Source: an uncultured delta proteobacterium (lineage in GTDB: Bacteria; Desulfobacterota; Desulfobacteria; Desulfobacterales; B30-G6). From it: DNA of 64,000 nt. A program made the translations under genes and the position numbers. Where the stretch lies: NCBI GenBank assembly GCA_963701385.1, contig CAVOZW010000017.1:1481-65480 (forward strand), written 5' to 3'. The notes under the pieces are model-generated. The model had not been told where the DNA came from, did not search any database, and worked only from the letters and a program-made list of their open reading frames with translations. The number at the start of each line of letters is the position of its first letter. Position 1 is the stretch's first letter. Below, piece by piece: positions 63,368-64,000 of the stretch.

Positions 63368-63991
63368 CTAGAATGTCTGTCTTTCCAAGACATCCCAACA
63401 AGTACCCGTGCAGACACCATCATTGGATATGAATGAGGCTTCCTTGGTTAGGGTTCCGTTGCCCTGCAGGACGAATTTTCCTTTTTCTATATACCCCCCT
63501 GGACCTTCTATCCCACCATTGAACGCAAATTCATTGCCGCAAACAGTCCCCTCAAATGAAGCTTCCACGTCGTCCGTGTATTGTGCGCTGTGACCCTCTT
63601 GGGTGATCCAGAGCGTGATGGGCTGATCGGTTTCATTTTCACTGCATTCCTCACCACCTGCGTATTCACACGAGTATGTGCCAACCCATGTTCCGGCAAA
63701 ATTTTCGGGATCCTCGTCACAGGTGGTGACATCAACGGAGTAATTCTTGATGCTTAATGTCAAATCGATGGGCGACGATATTTCTATGCACATGGCAAAG
63801 GTGCCGAAATTAATCAGATCCACTGTTGAGGGTTCTGCAGAAACGCTTGCCGTGTCGAATGTCTCGGGTTTTTCTGTACCTGTCACGGTATAAGGGCCGT
63901 ACAACCATCCATCTTCACAGATTGTGTTCAGATCTGCCGAAGTGCCAAAACGCAGGGATACTTGCCATTGGTAAATAGGCGCCTTTTGCAT
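63368..63991 (-). CDS. Hypothetical Cys-rich protein (may extend upstream beyond the window)
   Basis: 207-aa ORF. There is no stop between the Met at 63991 and the window edge. I recognise no family. Confidence 0.35.
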   Translation of the reverse strand: MQKAPIYQWQVSLRFGTSADLNTICEDGWLYGPYTVTGTEKPETFDTASVSAEPSTVDLINFGTFAMCIEISSPIDLTLSIKNYSVDVTTCDEDPENFAGTWVGTYSCEYAGGEECSENETDQPITLWITQEGHSAQYTDDVEASFEGTVCGNEFAFNGGIEGPGGYIEKGKFVLQGNGTLTKEASFISNDGVCTGTCWDVLERQTF

Positions 63992-64000
63992 GGCGCTTGT

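Overview
This 64-kb window looks like a deltaproteobacterial (Desulfobacterales-like) chromosome; that guess rests on gene content only and no search was run. About 30 co-directional minus-strand genes run from 51.26 kb down to 12.2 kb.

(1) A complete canonical T6SS core lies at 27.7-48.3 kb: tssJ-tssK-tssL-tssM-tagF-tssA-tssB-tssC-hcp-tssE-tssF-tssG-clpV-vgrG-PAAR. Two unknown genes precede it (48.3-51.26 kb).

(2) A cargo island lies downstream of vgrG/PAAR at 15.8-27.7 kb and is visibly AT-richer from about 20.65 to 27.75 kb. It holds a DUF1795/Eag-like chaperone, several large orphan proteins, an HExxH zincin, and recurring small beta-sandwich-like modules.

(3) An FHA-TM-lytic transglycosylase fusion and a caspase+FGE-sulfatase protein end the run (12.2-15.6 kb).

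The left end carries a Thr-phosphorylation module (Hanks kinase, PP2C, a double-FHA protein) next to a single-chain TssB-TssC fusion paralog. A plus-strand cluster follows with a caspase-like lipoprotein, a DUF4384 protein and a 1120-aa ELWxxDGT-repeat protein.

The right end (51.3-64 kb) contains an integrase remnant and two Phd/ParE TA pairs bracketing a GH130/GT4 glycan cluster. It also holds a truncated molybdopterin oxidoreductase and housekeeping-type genes (NifX-like, Usp, kinase-like, aldo/keto reductase).

The most notable observations are:
- the fused sheath paralog;
- the FHA-SLT fusion;
- a tssM split by a frame change;
- a PAAR gene separated from its C-terminal extension by an in-frame TGA, with alternate-frame homology to a paralog;
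- paralogous small genes preceding two large cargo genes;
- clustered CAAGGAU (CsrA/RsmA-like) motifs in T6SS intra-operon spacers.

All family calls come from motif recognition by eye, and start codons are approximate.
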